From: a virus
Virus record (IMG/VR): IMGVR_UViG_3300031541_000022
Location: 41,155 to 105,154 of that record
Reading direction: 5' to 3' (one strand)
Length of the DNA: 64,000 nt
The translations under genes were made by a program, and so were the position numbers. This document shows, in pieces, positions 9,297 through 18,594 of the stretch. The first letter of the stretch is position 1, and each line of letters begins with the position of its first letter. Below the pieces are notes generated by a model. That model was not told the DNA's origin and did no database searches. It saw only the letters and a program-made list of their open reading frames with translations.

Positions 9297-9878
9297 ATGG
9301 TTGGATTCGTATATCGTTGGACTAATAAACTGAATGGTAAATGGTATATTGGTTCACACAAAGGTAGTCCTGATGATGGTTATACCGCGAGCGGAGTTTT
9401 GATCCAACAATCATTTGAAAAATATGGTATGGAGAATTTTGAACGAGAAATTCTCTATCAAGGACCTGATTATTTGAATGAAGAAAGAAAACTTTTAATT
9501 GAATTTGATGCGGCCAAATCGAATAGGTCTTATAATTTGATTAATACTGCATCTGATAATTTTGAAGGGAATAGATTGTCAGGTGATGATCATCCAATGA
9601 AAAGACCGGAAATTGCATTAAAGGTATCTAAAGCTAAAAAAGGAAAATTTAATTCCAATGGACATTTAGGATTAAAACATTCAGACGAGACTAAACGTAA
9701 AATGTCTCAAAACAATGCAATGAATAATCCAGAATCTCGTAAAAAGTTGTCAGAATCAAGAAAAGGCATGAAGTTCACTGATGAACATAAAGAAAATATG
9801 AGCAAATCTAGAAAAGGTATTCCTTGGTCTAAAGCACGTTGGGATGCTCATAATAAACGTAAAGGAGAAGATAAATGA
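9297..9878 (+). CDS. Seg-like GIY-YIG homing endonuclease with NUMOD3 repeats (apparently intact)
   Basis: GFVYRWTNKLNGKWYIGSHKG..YTASG...YNL; AT-rich; inserted between gp32 and uvsX. Confidence 0.85.
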   Translation: MVGFVYRWTNKLNGKWYIGSHKGSPDDGYTASGVLIQQSFEKYGMENFEREILYQGPDYLNEERKLLIEFDAAKSNRSYNLINTASDNFEGNRLSGDDHPMKRPEIALKVSKAKKGKFNSNGHLGLKHSDETKRKMSQNNAMNNPESRKKLSESRKGMKFTDEHKENMSKSRKGIPWSKARWDAHNKRKGEDK

Positions 9879-10969
9879 GCCGTGCTTTCGATGTAAGTAA
9901 ATTTAGAAAGAGCATTACAAAATCAGTCAGCGGACTCAGTGTAGGGTTCCGTGATCCTGACACCTGGATTTCAACAGGTAACTACACACTCAATTATCTT
10001 GTCAGCAACGACTTCCATAAAGGCGTTCCGCTTGGCAAAGTTACAATGTTCGCAGGCGAAAGCGGTGCGGGCAAAAGCTTTATTGCAGCAGGCAACCTAG
10101 TGCGCCACGCACAAGAGATGGGTATCTTTACTGTATTGATTGACAGTGAGAACGCTCTAGATGAGGCTTGGCTTCATGCACTTGGCGTTGATACAAGTGA
10201 AGACAAATTGCTCAAACTTAACATGGCAATGATCGATGATGTTGCTAAGGTTATCAGCGACTTTGTTAAGGACTATCGTTCTGAGTATGGTGGCGTAGAT
10301 GACCAAGAACGCCCTAAGATACTTTTTGTGGTCGACTCACTTGGTATGTTGCTTACTCCAACTGACCTAAAACAGTTTGAATCAGGCGATATGAAGGGTG
10401 ACATGGGCCGTAAGGCACGTCAGCTAAAAGCACTTGTTACAAACTGCGTCAACATGTTTGGCGACTTGAACATTGGTATGGTATGCACCAACCACACATA
10501 CGCAAGCCAGGACATGTTTGACCCTGATGACAAGATCTCAGGCGGGAGCGGTATGATCTATGCAGCGAGTATTGTGGTAGCAATACGCAAGCTCAAGCTA
10601 AAGGTTGACGCTGAAGGTAATAAAACTTCACAAGTACACGGCATCCGTGCAGCATGTAAGGTTATGAAGTCACGATACAGCAAGCCGTTTGAAAGTGTCC
10701 AGATTGCTATCCCTTGGGATACAGGTATGGATCCATACAGTGGCTTGGTCGAACTTTTCGAAGCAAAAGGCATGCTCACTAAGACTGGCAACAAGCTGGA
10801 ATACATCAGCAAGGAAACTGGCGAAGTGACCAAGGAATTCCGCAAGTTTTGGGAACGCAACGACAGTGGTTGCTTGGACATGATCATGAACGAATTCCAT
10901 ATGCATGAAGAACTACTAGAAGAAGATCCCGAACTAAATAGCCCTGAAGAACAACCTTCAGAAGACTAA
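9875..10969 (+). CDS. uvsX: RecA-like recombinase UvsX
   Basis: GESGAGKS Walker A, LIDSE, VVDSLG, CTNHTY, ISGGSG. Confidence 0.92.
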   Translation: MSRAFDVSKFRKSITKSVSGLSVGFRDPDTWISTGNYTLNYLVSNDFHKGVPLGKVTMFAGESGAGKSFIAAGNLVRHAQEMGIFTVLIDSENALDEAWLHALGVDTSEDKLLKLNMAMIDDVAKVISDFVKDYRSEYGGVDDQERPKILFVVDSLGMLLTPTDLKQFESGDMKGDMGRKARQLKALVTNCVNMFGDLNIGMVCTNHTYASQDMFDPDDKISGGSGMIYAASIVVAIRKLKLKVDAEGNKTSQVHGIRAACKVMKSRYSKPFESVQIAIPWDTGMDPYSGLVELFEAKGMLTKTGNKLEYISKETGEVTKEFRKFWERNDSGCLDMIMNEFHMHEELLEEDPELNSPEEQPSED

Positions 10970-10978
10970 GAGGTAATC

Positions 10979-11230
10979 ATGACATTACATGCAACTGATG
11001 CGGTTGCGATGGTCGAACTTTGGGCAGGCATAAAAAACTATGTGCCTGCCAAGGACCAACGCGCTTGCGCAGATCAATTCATCGCAAATATTGATGATGC
11101 AGGACTTGTTGACCTCGCTGTCGTAAGCGCAGAGCTTTATGGCATTTGTGAAACATTTGACAAAGCATTGCGCGACTTTTGCCAGGAAAACGGGTTTGAT
11201 GATGAAGACCACGAAGACTGGGATGAGTAA
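10979..11230 (+). CDS. Hypothetical protein
   Basis: SD GAGG; coupled to the downstream gene. Confidence 0.7.
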   Translation: MTLHATDAVAMVELWAGIKNYVPAKDQRACADQFIANIDDAGLVDLAVVSAELYGICETFDKALRDFCQENGFDDEDHEDWDE

Positions 11231-11694
11231 TGGCAGGATGGTATAACAAGGTCCGAGACGACTGGCAAAACAGTATTGTTGATGCCATTATGCATTTTGA
11301 TGCAGAAGCTGAGGCGGCCCGCAAGGAAACATTCCTACAGGGCAACCTCGAAAAGAACAGCAGAGAAATCCCCGGAAACATTGCATACAGGTTTGGGCAG
11401 CTACAGGAAGTGGAAGCCATCCTGGAGTTTCTCAATATTGAGCTGCGCAAAATACATCGCAAGCACTATCGCAAATACCTTGAACACTACAACAAGACAC
11501 TGAGCAGCCGTGACGCTGACAAATTCGCTGAGGGCGAACAAGACTATATTGACATGGAACACATTGTTAACGAGTTCGCACTGGTGCGTAACAAGTTCAT
11601 GGCTGTGATGAAAGGTCTTGAAACCAAACAGTTTCAGCTAGGACACATTGTCAAGCTGCGAACAGCAGGCATGGAAGACATAGTTCTTGATTGA
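11230..11694 (+). CDS. uvsY: Recombination mediator UvsY-like
   Basis: Helical protein with LSSRDADKFAEGE and KGLETKQFQL..IVKLR.AG; follows uvsX. Confidence 0.75.
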   Translation: MAGWYNKVRDDWQNSIVDAIMHFDAEAEAARKETFLQGNLEKNSREIPGNIAYRFGQLQEVEAILEFLNIELRKIHRKHYRKYLEHYNKTLSSRDADKFAEGEQDYIDMEHIVNEFALVRNKFMAVMKGLETKQFQLGHIVKLRTAGMEDIVLD

Positions 11695-11719
11695 CATACC
11701 AGTCAACATGCATTATATT
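11691..11719 (+). promoter_or_regulatory. Sigma70-like (early) promoter
   Basis: TTGACA-17-TATATT. Confidence 0.7.
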
Positions 11720-11754
11720 CAACAATACAACTAATCAACTGGAAAAGATACCCC

Positions 11755-11994
11755 GTGGGTAATCTTGTATCAACACTGATCTATCTGTTCGTCGGCTACC
11801 TTGTTGGCATTTGGCTTGCCGCACCTGGTCTGTTTAGCTGGACAGTCAGCATGACAGCATGGAACAACCTACTTGTGTATGCGTACATGCTGTTCTGGCC
11901 GTTCATCTTGCTGTTCCATTTCCTTATTTGGATCTTGCTGATCGCTGCCGTTCTGTTCGTGCTCTACATGATCGCGGAAAAACTTTTTGGCTAA
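11755..11994 (+). CDS. Small membrane protein
   Basis: Two to three hydrophobic segments; GTG start. Confidence 0.65.
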   Translation: MGNLVSTLIYLFVGYLVGIWLAAPGLFSWTVSMTAWNNLLVYAYMLFWPFILLFHFLIWILLIAAVLFVLYMIAEKLFG

Positions 11995-12009
11995 ATGCAA
12001 CCTTTTTGG

Positions 12010-12038
12010 TTGACACCCCGAGGCACTTTGCTTATATT
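12010..12038 (+). promoter_or_regulatory. Sigma70-like (early) promoter
   Basis: TTGACA-17-TATATT, preceded by CTTTTTGG. Confidence 0.7.
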
Positions 12039-12064
12039 AATACTGTAAGCAAAGGAGATACCCC

Positions 12065-12496
12065 ATGCGCGAAGCACGTCAAACCCGAGTTATTGATGCA
12101 ACTGCACCCATTGCGTTGTTGGACGTTGACAGCGTTCTTGACAACAGCCAGTACCGCTGGTGTGCAGATGAAGTTTTTGCTGAGGACGGACGTTGCCTCC
12201 GTGATGACGAACTGACTTATGACCGGTTTGAATTTGGCCCGGAATACTTGGTGCCCGCAGGCAGCAAGATCAAGCTGCCTTATACTTGGGGTTATACTGA
12301 TGCAGGCATGAGCGGTGTTGTTGATTATGAAATCACTATCCCGCGGGCCGCAACTATGCAACATGTGGTGCACGTTATTCTCAGCGTATACCACGGTGAA
12401 CTGATGAAGCAAGCAGGCGGACATGGCCGCTTCTACTTCATTGAAGGAATTGAACGTGATGAGGATGGTGTTTACACTATCCATTTTGGAACCTAA
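12065..12496 (+). CDS. Hypothetical early protein
   Basis: SD AAGGAG; GC-rich codon usage. Confidence 0.75.
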   Translation: MREARQTRVIDATAPIALLDVDSVLDNSQYRWCADEVFAEDGRCLRDDELTYDRFEFGPEYLVPAGSKIKLPYTWGYTDAGMSGVVDYEITIPRAATMQHVVHVILSVYHGELMKQAGGHGRFYFIEGIERDEDGVYTIHFGT

Positions 12497-12516
12497 TCAG
12501 AAACAAGAGGTAAGAA

Positions 12517-13299
12517 ATGTTCTCAAATAGCCGAAACCGCCTGACTGAAACCTACCCTTTGATGGATGCACTTGCCGTCGCGGTCGCTGTTGACCGCGCA
12601 CAGGGCTTTGTGAAATCTAAACAGGGTTTTCTCGACCCTGAGACCAATCATTATACTCACGACAACCGCATTACAGCGCAACGCACTCTGCGCGTGATGT
12701 TTGACAAAGAGCCTGAAGAGAGCATCCCTGGTGAGTTCACAGAGCACCGTCCCACTGTATATCGTCCTACTGATGAAGATCGCGCCAAGGCACAGGAGAT
12801 CTTCACCTACTTTGACGAGATCCTTGTCTTGGACAAGCTTGGCGACGACCTGACCAAGGTCGGACGTGATGGCCGCGTCAACGACTTCAACCTTATTCTC
12901 AGCCAGATGTTTGAGAAGGGTGAAGTTGGTATCAACAAGGACCTTGCAATGCTTGTGAGCCTTCCCAACAGCCGCCGTGTTGCAGCAAAGCGGGAGGAGA
13001 TGGAAGAGTTCCACCGCACCCACCGCGAAAACGGCTACATCAGCGAGCTGCGCCAGCGCGTCAAAGTCACTGGCTTTGTCAAGGACATCAAGCTAATCCC
13101 TAGCGCCCAAGTTAACCTCGCAACTGTGGTTACACCTGAGGGCAAGATTGCAAAGTTCTTCATGAACGAAAAGCTCAGCATCCGCGCAGACAACCTGCGT
13201 GAGACTGATATCACGTTTACTGGCACCGTCAAGAAGCAGGAAGTGAATGACTTCACTGGCTGCCAGGAGACGATGTTCAACCGTGTGAAGATCGACTAA
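12517..13299 (+). CDS. Hypothetical early protein, possible C-terminal OB-like fold
   Basis: SD GAGG; beta-rich C-terminus (ITFTGTVKKQ...TMFNRVKI). Confidence 0.7.
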   Translation: MFSNSRNRLTETYPLMDALAVAVAVDRAQGFVKSKQGFLDPETNHYTHDNRITAQRTLRVMFDKEPEESIPGEFTEHRPTVYRPTDEDRAKAQEIFTYFDEILVLDKLGDDLTKVGRDGRVNDFNLILSQMFEKGEVGINKDLAMLVSLPNSRRVAAKREEMEEFHRTHRENGYISELRQRVKVTGFVKDIKLIPSAQVNLATVVTPEGKIAKFFMNEKLSIRADNLRETDITFTGTVKKQEVNDFTGCQETMFNRVKID

Positions 13300-13320
13300 C
13301 AAACTGATCTCCAAAGAAAC

Positions 13321-13347
13321 AAAGGTGGCTTCCGGGCCACCTTTTTT
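13321..13347 (+). terminator. Rho-independent terminator
   Basis: AAAGGTGGC-TTCCGG-GCCACCTTT followed by a T-run. Confidence 0.8.
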
Positions 13348-13348
13348 A

Positions 13349-13377
13349 TTGACTCTACCAATGCCTTTTGCTAGGTT
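13349..13377 (+). promoter_or_regulatory. Sigma70-like promoter
   Basis: TTGACT-17-TAGGTT with GCTA at -10; near-copy at 46065. Confidence 0.65.
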
Positions 13378-13402
13378 GTATGGGTAAGCAATAGGAGACG
13401 TT

Positions 13403-14422
13403 ATGACACAAGTTGTAGTCAAGAACGGAAAATACGGTACCAAGCCCGTCAAGAACATGCAGTTCACGATGGCTATCCCTCCCAAGTTGGGTAAAAAGGG
13501 TCTGTATGTTACTGTTGACGGCGAACCGCTTGGCATGGACCGCAAGGTGCGGATTATGCTCGAAGCCGAGACTGATCTCACCTTCCTGCAGGACGGCAAC
13601 GATCCTGAGCCTGAGGCGAGCGCCAAAGAGAGCGACGAAGAGATCATGGATCGTATGCGCAAGAAGTTCGGTGTGCTGGACGGCATGACAATTGCAGCCG
13701 TTGAAGGCCATGTCCGCGCTATGATCGTTACTGGCCCTCCAGGCGTTGGCAAGAGCTTTGGTGTTGAGATGACACTGGAAAGCCTAGACGTCATGGACAA
13801 GGTCGCTGGTACCAACCTCACTGACGGCACAGGCACTGCCAAGCTGGGCGTTGAGAAGGTTGCAAGCGCGAGCGCAATTGGTTTGTACCAGCTGCTCTAC
13901 GAGTACCGTGCTAAGGGCAGTGTGCTGGTGCTGGACGACAGCGACAGCGTCCTCAACGACGAGGCTGGCATCAACATGCTCAAGGCCGCTACTGACAGTG
14001 GCAAGACCCGCAAGCTGACCTGGCGTACAGAGAGCCGTGTGCTCGTTGACAACGACATTCCTGAGCAGTTCAACTTCGATGGTAGTATAATCTTTATCAC
14101 CAACCTCGACTTTGAAAAGGCGCGGGGCAAGATTGGTCAACACTTGCAGGCGATTGTGAGCCGTTGCCACTACCTGGACATGGGCATCCATGACAGTCAC
14201 GAAAAGTTTCTGCGTTGCAAGCAGATTGTGCGTGATGGTATGCTGGAAGAGTACAAGTTCGAGGACTGGCAGATCGACGAGATCCTGACCTACATCGAGG
14301 ACAACCAGAAAGAACTGCGCGAACTCAGCTTGCGGATGGTCAAGAAGATCGCTGACCTTGCTAAGATGGATCCTACTGGCTGGCGTGACTACGCAGAGCA
14401 GACATGCTTGAGGGGTCGTTGA
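13403..14422 (+). CDS. AAA+ family ATPase
   Basis: Walker A GPPGVGKS, Walker B LVLDDSD, sensor-1 IFITN, R-finger SR. Confidence 0.8.
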   Translation: MTQVVVKNGKYGTKPVKNMQFTMAIPPKLGKKGLYVTVDGEPLGMDRKVRIMLEAETDLTFLQDGNDPEPEASAKESDEEIMDRMRKKFGVLDGMTIAAVEGHVRAMIVTGPPGVGKSFGVEMTLESLDVMDKVAGTNLTDGTGTAKLGVEKVASASAIGLYQLLYEYRAKGSVLVLDDSDSVLNDEAGINMLKAATDSGKTRKLTWRTESRVLVDNDIPEQFNFDGSIIFITNLDFEKARGKIGQHLQAIVSRCHYLDMGIHDSHEKFLRCKQIVRDGMLEEYKFEDWQIDEILTYIEDNQKELRELSLRMVKKIADLAKMDPTGWRDYAEQTCLRGR

Positions 14423-14423
14423 T

Positions 14424-14711
14424 ATGAACTTAGCGACCCTGAATGAATACATCGAGCTCAGCGATGAGATCGAAACAATTGCTCAACGTATTGTTGACAT
14501 CCACGCCGCAGCGGATCGCGAAGAACGCGGTCCAGGGGCAAATAATATCAGCTATTATGTCGATGACATTAGCTTTATGGGTATTAGTCAAGGCAAGGTG
14601 TCAATACGTGTGCAAATGCATGGCAGCTATGGATGGAGCGATCAAAAGATGATCCATGTTGACGTCGATGATTTTTGCGATCCAAAATATTTGATTGACA
14701 CAGCCGAATGA
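14424..14711 (+). CDS. Hypothetical protein
   Basis: ORF directly after the ATPase. Confidence 0.55.
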   Translation: MNLATLNEYIELSDEIETIAQRIVDIHAAADREERGPGANNISYYVDDISFMGISQGKVSIRVQMHGSYGWSDQKMIHVDVDDFCDPKYLIDTAE

Positions 14712-14823
14712 AGCGTGTAATATAAAGAATACCAGCCAGTACCATCTCCTTTCCATCATTGCGTCCCTGGTTGGTTTAGCGCGTCGGACATGAGTTCGGC
14801 GCGCATTCTCTTTGCATAAGTAA

Positions 14824-14852
14824 TTGACTTTCAAAGAGAAAAAGTGTATTAT
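14824..14852 (+). promoter_or_regulatory. Sigma70-like promoter, leaderless uvsW
   Basis: TTGACT-17-TATTAT-7-ATG(14860), no SD. Confidence 0.7.
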
Positions 14853-14859
14853 AATCAAC

Positions 14860-16374
14860 ATGCAAGCAAATATCGAGCTGCTCGATGAAGTGAACTGTAA
14901 GATTCACGGTTTATCAACGTCTACACGCAGAAAATTTTACGACAGATTCGCCTATATGATGCCTCATGCGTACCACACGCCGGCATATAAAATGGGCCGT
15001 TGGGACGGGAAGAAGAACTACTTTGCCATTGGTGGCAAAACGTTCAGCAACCTACTACCTGACATGTTAGAGGACCTCATTGAGGAAGGGTACGAAGTCA
15101 GTCTGATTGACAAACGTCCCGCCTATGAAATTGACCTCAACACAATTACAAAAGAACACTTTAGCCATAAGGTGTGGCCAGAGGATCATCCAGTTGCAGG
15201 GCAGCCTGTTGTACTGCGCGACTACCAAGTCGAGATCATTAACAACTTCCTCGAGAACCAAAAGAGCGTACAAGAGGTCGCAACGGGTGCAGGCAAGACG
15301 CTTATCACAGCCGCACTGAGCAACCTCGTTGAGACGTGTATGACTGACGAGCAGCTAGTGATGCACAAGCTAACGTCAGGCACAAACCTAGGGCGTACCA
15401 TTGTTATCGTGCCCAACAAGGGGCTGGTTACTCAAACAGAAGAAGACTACCACAACCTGGGCTTGGACGTGGGTGTGTATTACGGTGATCGCAAAGAGTA
15501 CGGGCACACGCATACCATCTGTACCTGGCAGAGCCTAGAGATCATACACAAGAACTTCCGTGAGGGTGTGAGCGATATGTCGCTGCAAGACTTTGCACAG
15601 GGCGTATTAGCTGTCATTGTTGACGAAGCTCACGGAGCAAAAGCAGACGTCCTAATGAAGCTACTCACAGGCCCGTTTGCTAACGTACCTATTCGCTGGG
15701 GTCTCACAGGCACGATCCCGCCCGAAGAACACGCTGCGGTTGGTCTAACGATCAGCTTAGGTCCAGTCGTAGGAGACCTAGCAGCTAAAACGCTACAGGA
15801 CGATGGCGTCCTCAGCAACTGCCATATTGACGTCGTACAGATGCAAGACGTGGTACACTACGACAACTACCAATCTGAATTAAGTTATCTCACAACAGAC
15901 AGCGACCGTCTCAATTACATGGCAGAAATGATCATGCAAATCGCTAAAGAGGGTAATACGCTGGTATTAGTAGACCGTGTCAAAGCAGGGAGGGGCCTCC
16001 TGGAAAGACTGCCTGAGGACCGCACAGTGTTTGTTAGTGGTGAGATGAAAAATGAAGATCGCCGAGGTCACTATAAGGAGATCTCAAAGGCTGACGATAA
16101 GATTATCGTGGCCACCTATGGCGTAGCAGCCGTAGGCATTAACGTTCCACGAATCTTTAATATGGTTCTCGTTGAGCCTGGCAAGAGCTTTATCCGTGTT
16201 ATCCAGAGTATTGGACGCGGGCTGCGTAAAGCGGAAGACAAAGATTTTGTTCGAATTGTTGATCTTTGTAGTAGTGCTAAGTTTTCAAAACGTCATTTGA
16301 CTGAACGTAAAAAATACTATCGAAAAGCACAATATCCATTTTCAATACAAAAAGTAGATTGGAAAGATAAATAG
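14860..16374 (+). CDS. uvsW: SF2 DNA helicase UvsW
   Basis: LRDYQ, ATGAGKT, VDEAH, GLTGT, QSIGRGLR; start reassigned to ATG 14860. Confidence 0.92.
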   Translation: MQANIELLDEVNCKIHGLSTSTRRKFYDRFAYMMPHAYHTPAYKMGRWDGKKNYFAIGGKTFSNLLPDMLEDLIEEGYEVSLIDKRPAYEIDLNTITKEHFSHKVWPEDHPVAGQPVVLRDYQVEIINNFLENQKSVQEVATGAGKTLITAALSNLVETCMTDEQLVMHKLTSGTNLGRTIVIVPNKGLVTQTEEDYHNLGLDVGVYYGDRKEYGHTHTICTWQSLEIIHKNFREGVSDMSLQDFAQGVLAVIVDEAHGAKADVLMKLLTGPFANVPIRWGLTGTIPPEEHAAVGLTISLGPVVGDLAAKTLQDDGVLSNCHIDVVQMQDVVHYDNYQSELSYLTTDSDRLNYMAEMIMQIAKEGNTLVLVDRVKAGRGLLERLPEDRTVFVSGEMKNEDRRGHYKEISKADDKIIVATYGVAAVGINVPRIFNMVLVEPGKSFIRVIQSIGRGLRKAEDKDFVRIVDLCSSAKFSKRHLTERKKYYRKAQYPFSIQKVDWKDK

Positions 16375-16397
16375 GTTTTAGTAGACATTTTGGAAGT

Positions 16398-17324
16398 ATG
16401 ATGAAAAAACTAAATACTAAAACTTTTCTTGAAAGATTCATGGAAAAATATCCTAATAAATTGGGTTTGGACATGTCACACGTTAATTACATAGATATGA
16501 AAACTCCGGTCAAGGTTAGATGTATTACTCATAATGAAGTGTTCATGAACAATCCCCAAAGTCTATTGTATTCTGGATCTATTGGATGTAAAAAATGTAA
16601 ATCTGACAAGATATCAAATAAGAAGCGCAAGGTAACACCTGATGAATTTATGCGTAGATCACAACTAATTCACAATAATAGGTATGATTATTCATTGATT
16701 GAATTCAAAGGAACAAAAGATAAGGTGAAAATTATTTGTCCTGATCATGGTATTTTTGAACAGAATGTTCAAAGTCATTATAATGGATATGGCTGCCCAC
16801 AATGTGGATATAAAACATTGCGAAAATCAAATGATGATTTTATTGCTGAAGCAACCGCTATCCATAAAAATCGATATGATTATACAGCGGTTAATTACAT
16901 TAATAATTATTCAGACGTGGTTGTAAAATGTAAGACTCATGGAGCATTTTATATTTCACCCAAATCACATATCATCTACCAAAGAGGATGCCCAGATTGC
17001 TTTTCTGGAAATCGGTCTTGGAAAGAAATTTCTTGGTTGGATTCGATGAACGTCGATTTCGAAAACAGGCAGAAAGTGATCTATATTGATGGGCAACGAT
17101 TTTTAGTTGATGCTTTAGTTGGAGATGTTGTTTATGAGTTCTGGGGAGATTTTTGGCATGGCAATCCAGAAATTTTTGATCTAAATGATCGTAATGGGAA
17201 AAATGGAAAATTATTTAAGGAGTTGTATGAAATGACACAACAAAAACGCATCAAAATAAAGAATGCAGGTTTTCAATTAATTGAAATTTGGGAGAATGAA
17301 TGGGATAATATATGCGCATCTTAA
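16398..17324 (+). CDS. Free-standing endonuclease: Zn-ribbon repeats plus Vsr/PD-(D/E)XK-like nuclease
   Basis: Repeated YDY...K.KIIC..HG.F......H....GCP.C units; C-terminal VDA...VYEFWGDFWHG...IEIWE; AT-rich. Confidence 0.75.
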   Translation: MMKKLNTKTFLERFMEKYPNKLGLDMSHVNYIDMKTPVKVRCITHNEVFMNNPQSLLYSGSIGCKKCKSDKISNKKRKVTPDEFMRRSQLIHNNRYDYSLIEFKGTKDKVKIICPDHGIFEQNVQSHYNGYGCPQCGYKTLRKSNDDFIAEATAIHKNRYDYTAVNYINNYSDVVVKCKTHGAFYISPKSHIIYQRGCPDCFSGNRSWKEISWLDSMNVDFENRQKVIYIDGQRFLVDALVGDVVYEFWGDFWHGNPEIFDLNDRNGKNGKLFKELYEMTQQKRIKIKNAGFQLIEIWENEWDNICAS

Positions 17325-17812
17325 CGTCAGAAAATAATCCATACGAATTGGATTTTGTACCTGATGAGGTTGATGATATCCGCTATTGTGTTTTAGACTA
17401 CAGCGACAAGCAGAACCCAGATTATTACTTCATGCCGCTCGTGTTTCTAGAAATTTTCAATGCCCCAGCAGCCGTGTTGCAAGTTGGCAACCACTCGTTC
17501 AAAATGCCAATTGACTGGAGCCTTATTATATGCGATAGTGAGATAGGCGAGCCTGAGGTTATCCCTATTACGTCGCTTAATGACAGGGGCTTCAGCGCGT
17601 TTACCATCAACCCTATTAGCAGTTACATGCCAAGTTATCAACCCATTGAGATCACAAACGTATACAGTGAAGTCAAATGGCACTTCCCTAAACTAAAGCA
17701 AGGACACCTACTAGCAGTACCACTCAGCGATGAGCCTGAGAGTCATTGCGCATTTTTTGTCAAAGAGACAAATAAAATACCAGATGTACTGGACATATCA
17801 GAATTATGGTAG
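17312..17812 (+). CDS. Conserved hypothetical protein, possible degenerate Hint fold
   Basis: Beta-rich; core-gene codon usage; fold call is inference only. Confidence 0.65.
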   Translation: MRILTSENNPYELDFVPDEVDDIRYCVLDYSDKQNPDYYFMPLVFLEIFNAPAAVLQVGNHSFKMPIDWSLIICDSEIGEPEVIPITSLNDRGFSAFTINPISSYMPSYQPIEITNVYSEVKWHFPKLKQGHLLAVPLSDEPESHCAFFVKETNKIPDVLDISELW

Positions 17813-17964
17813 TGGTTTTTAGAGAATTAACTCGCAAAAAAACTCGAACTTTTGTAGAATACTATAAACAAGAAATGGACGCAGCGTTATTTTACTGCCC
17901 GTTCATACCGGAGGATTTAGATGCCAACGATCAAGGAAGAGATGTCGGCGCTAGACCGTCGTAA
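17806..17964 (+). CDS. Untracked 52-aa ORF carrying a DAALFYCPFIP motif
   Basis: ATG 17806 to TAA 17964: MVVVFRELTRKKTRTFVEYYKQEMDAALFYCPFIPEDLDANDQGRDVGARPS; fills an otherwise empty gap. Confidence 0.5.
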   Translation: MVVVFRELTRKKTRTFVEYYKQEMDAALFYCPFIPEDLDANDQGRDVGARPS

Positions 17965-18388
17965 CTTTGACTGGTATAGTAACCTAAGTGAAGAAGACCA
18001 GAAGAGCCTCAGCATGTATGTGCTGATGCGTTACGCTGCGAGCACCAACAGCAAAGTTGTAGAAATCAACGAACATTACCTTACAATGGTTAATGAACTG
18101 GTCAATGTGAACTTTAACGACCTCCGCAAACACCCAGAGCTACAGTGGCGCCTTATGCAATGCGCCGCCATTGGCACCAGCCAATTCCATCAGTGGATCA
18201 AACCCATGAAGAAAAAGAAGGAGGGCAGCAAGAACCCCAAGCTGTTTGACTTCTACGAGCGACAGTTTCCACATTTTAGTGATGATGAGATTGAGTATTT
18301 GATCAACTCCCAAAGCAAAACTGAGATCAAGGAAGTGCTCGTTGAGCATGGACTCAGCGACAAAGATATCAAGGCGATTCTTAAATGA
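17921..18388 (+). CDS. Putative clamp-loader small subunit (gp62-like)
   Basis: Helical ~155 aa protein in the replication block; SD GGAGG. Confidence 0.45.
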   Translation: MPTIKEEMSALDRRNFDWYSNLSEEDQKSLSMYVLMRYAASTNSKVVEINEHYLTMVNELVNVNFNDLRKHPELQWRLMQCAAIGTSQFHQWIKPMKKKKEGSKNPKLFDFYERQFPHFSDDEIEYLINSQSKTEIKEVLVEHGLSDKDIKAILK

Positions 18389-18594
18389 CTGGTAATGAAC
18401 TATTTGAAGAGATCGATAAACTGCGCAAAGAGCATGGCGAATTGCCTGTTTATGTTTGGGCTGATCATGGACAATGGGCTGAAGCTGCATATTCTGTTTC
18501 TGTTGAATATGTGGAAGACCGTGATGTTGTGCATGAAGACGATCTTGATGATTACGACCTTGATGATTTGACAAAGGTAATACTGGTCAGCTAA
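18385..18594 (+). CDS. Small acidic hypothetical protein
   Basis: ATGA overlap with the upstream gene. Confidence 0.65.
   Translation: MTGNELFEEIDKLRKEHGELPVYVWADHGQWAEAAYSVSVEYVEDRDVVHEDDLDDYDLDDLTKVILVS

Noticed and set aside
13093-14452. Long minus-strand ORFs (13093-13842, 13784-14452; also 18938-19366, 57145-57705)
   Set aside because: They are antisense shadows of well-supported plus-strand genes, with no SD, promoter or recognisable motifs.
14709-14820. Degenerate small ORF before uvsW (MKRVI then KEYQPVPSPFHHCVPGWF... in another frame)
   Set aside because: It needs a frameshift, has no recognisable motif and is too short to support.
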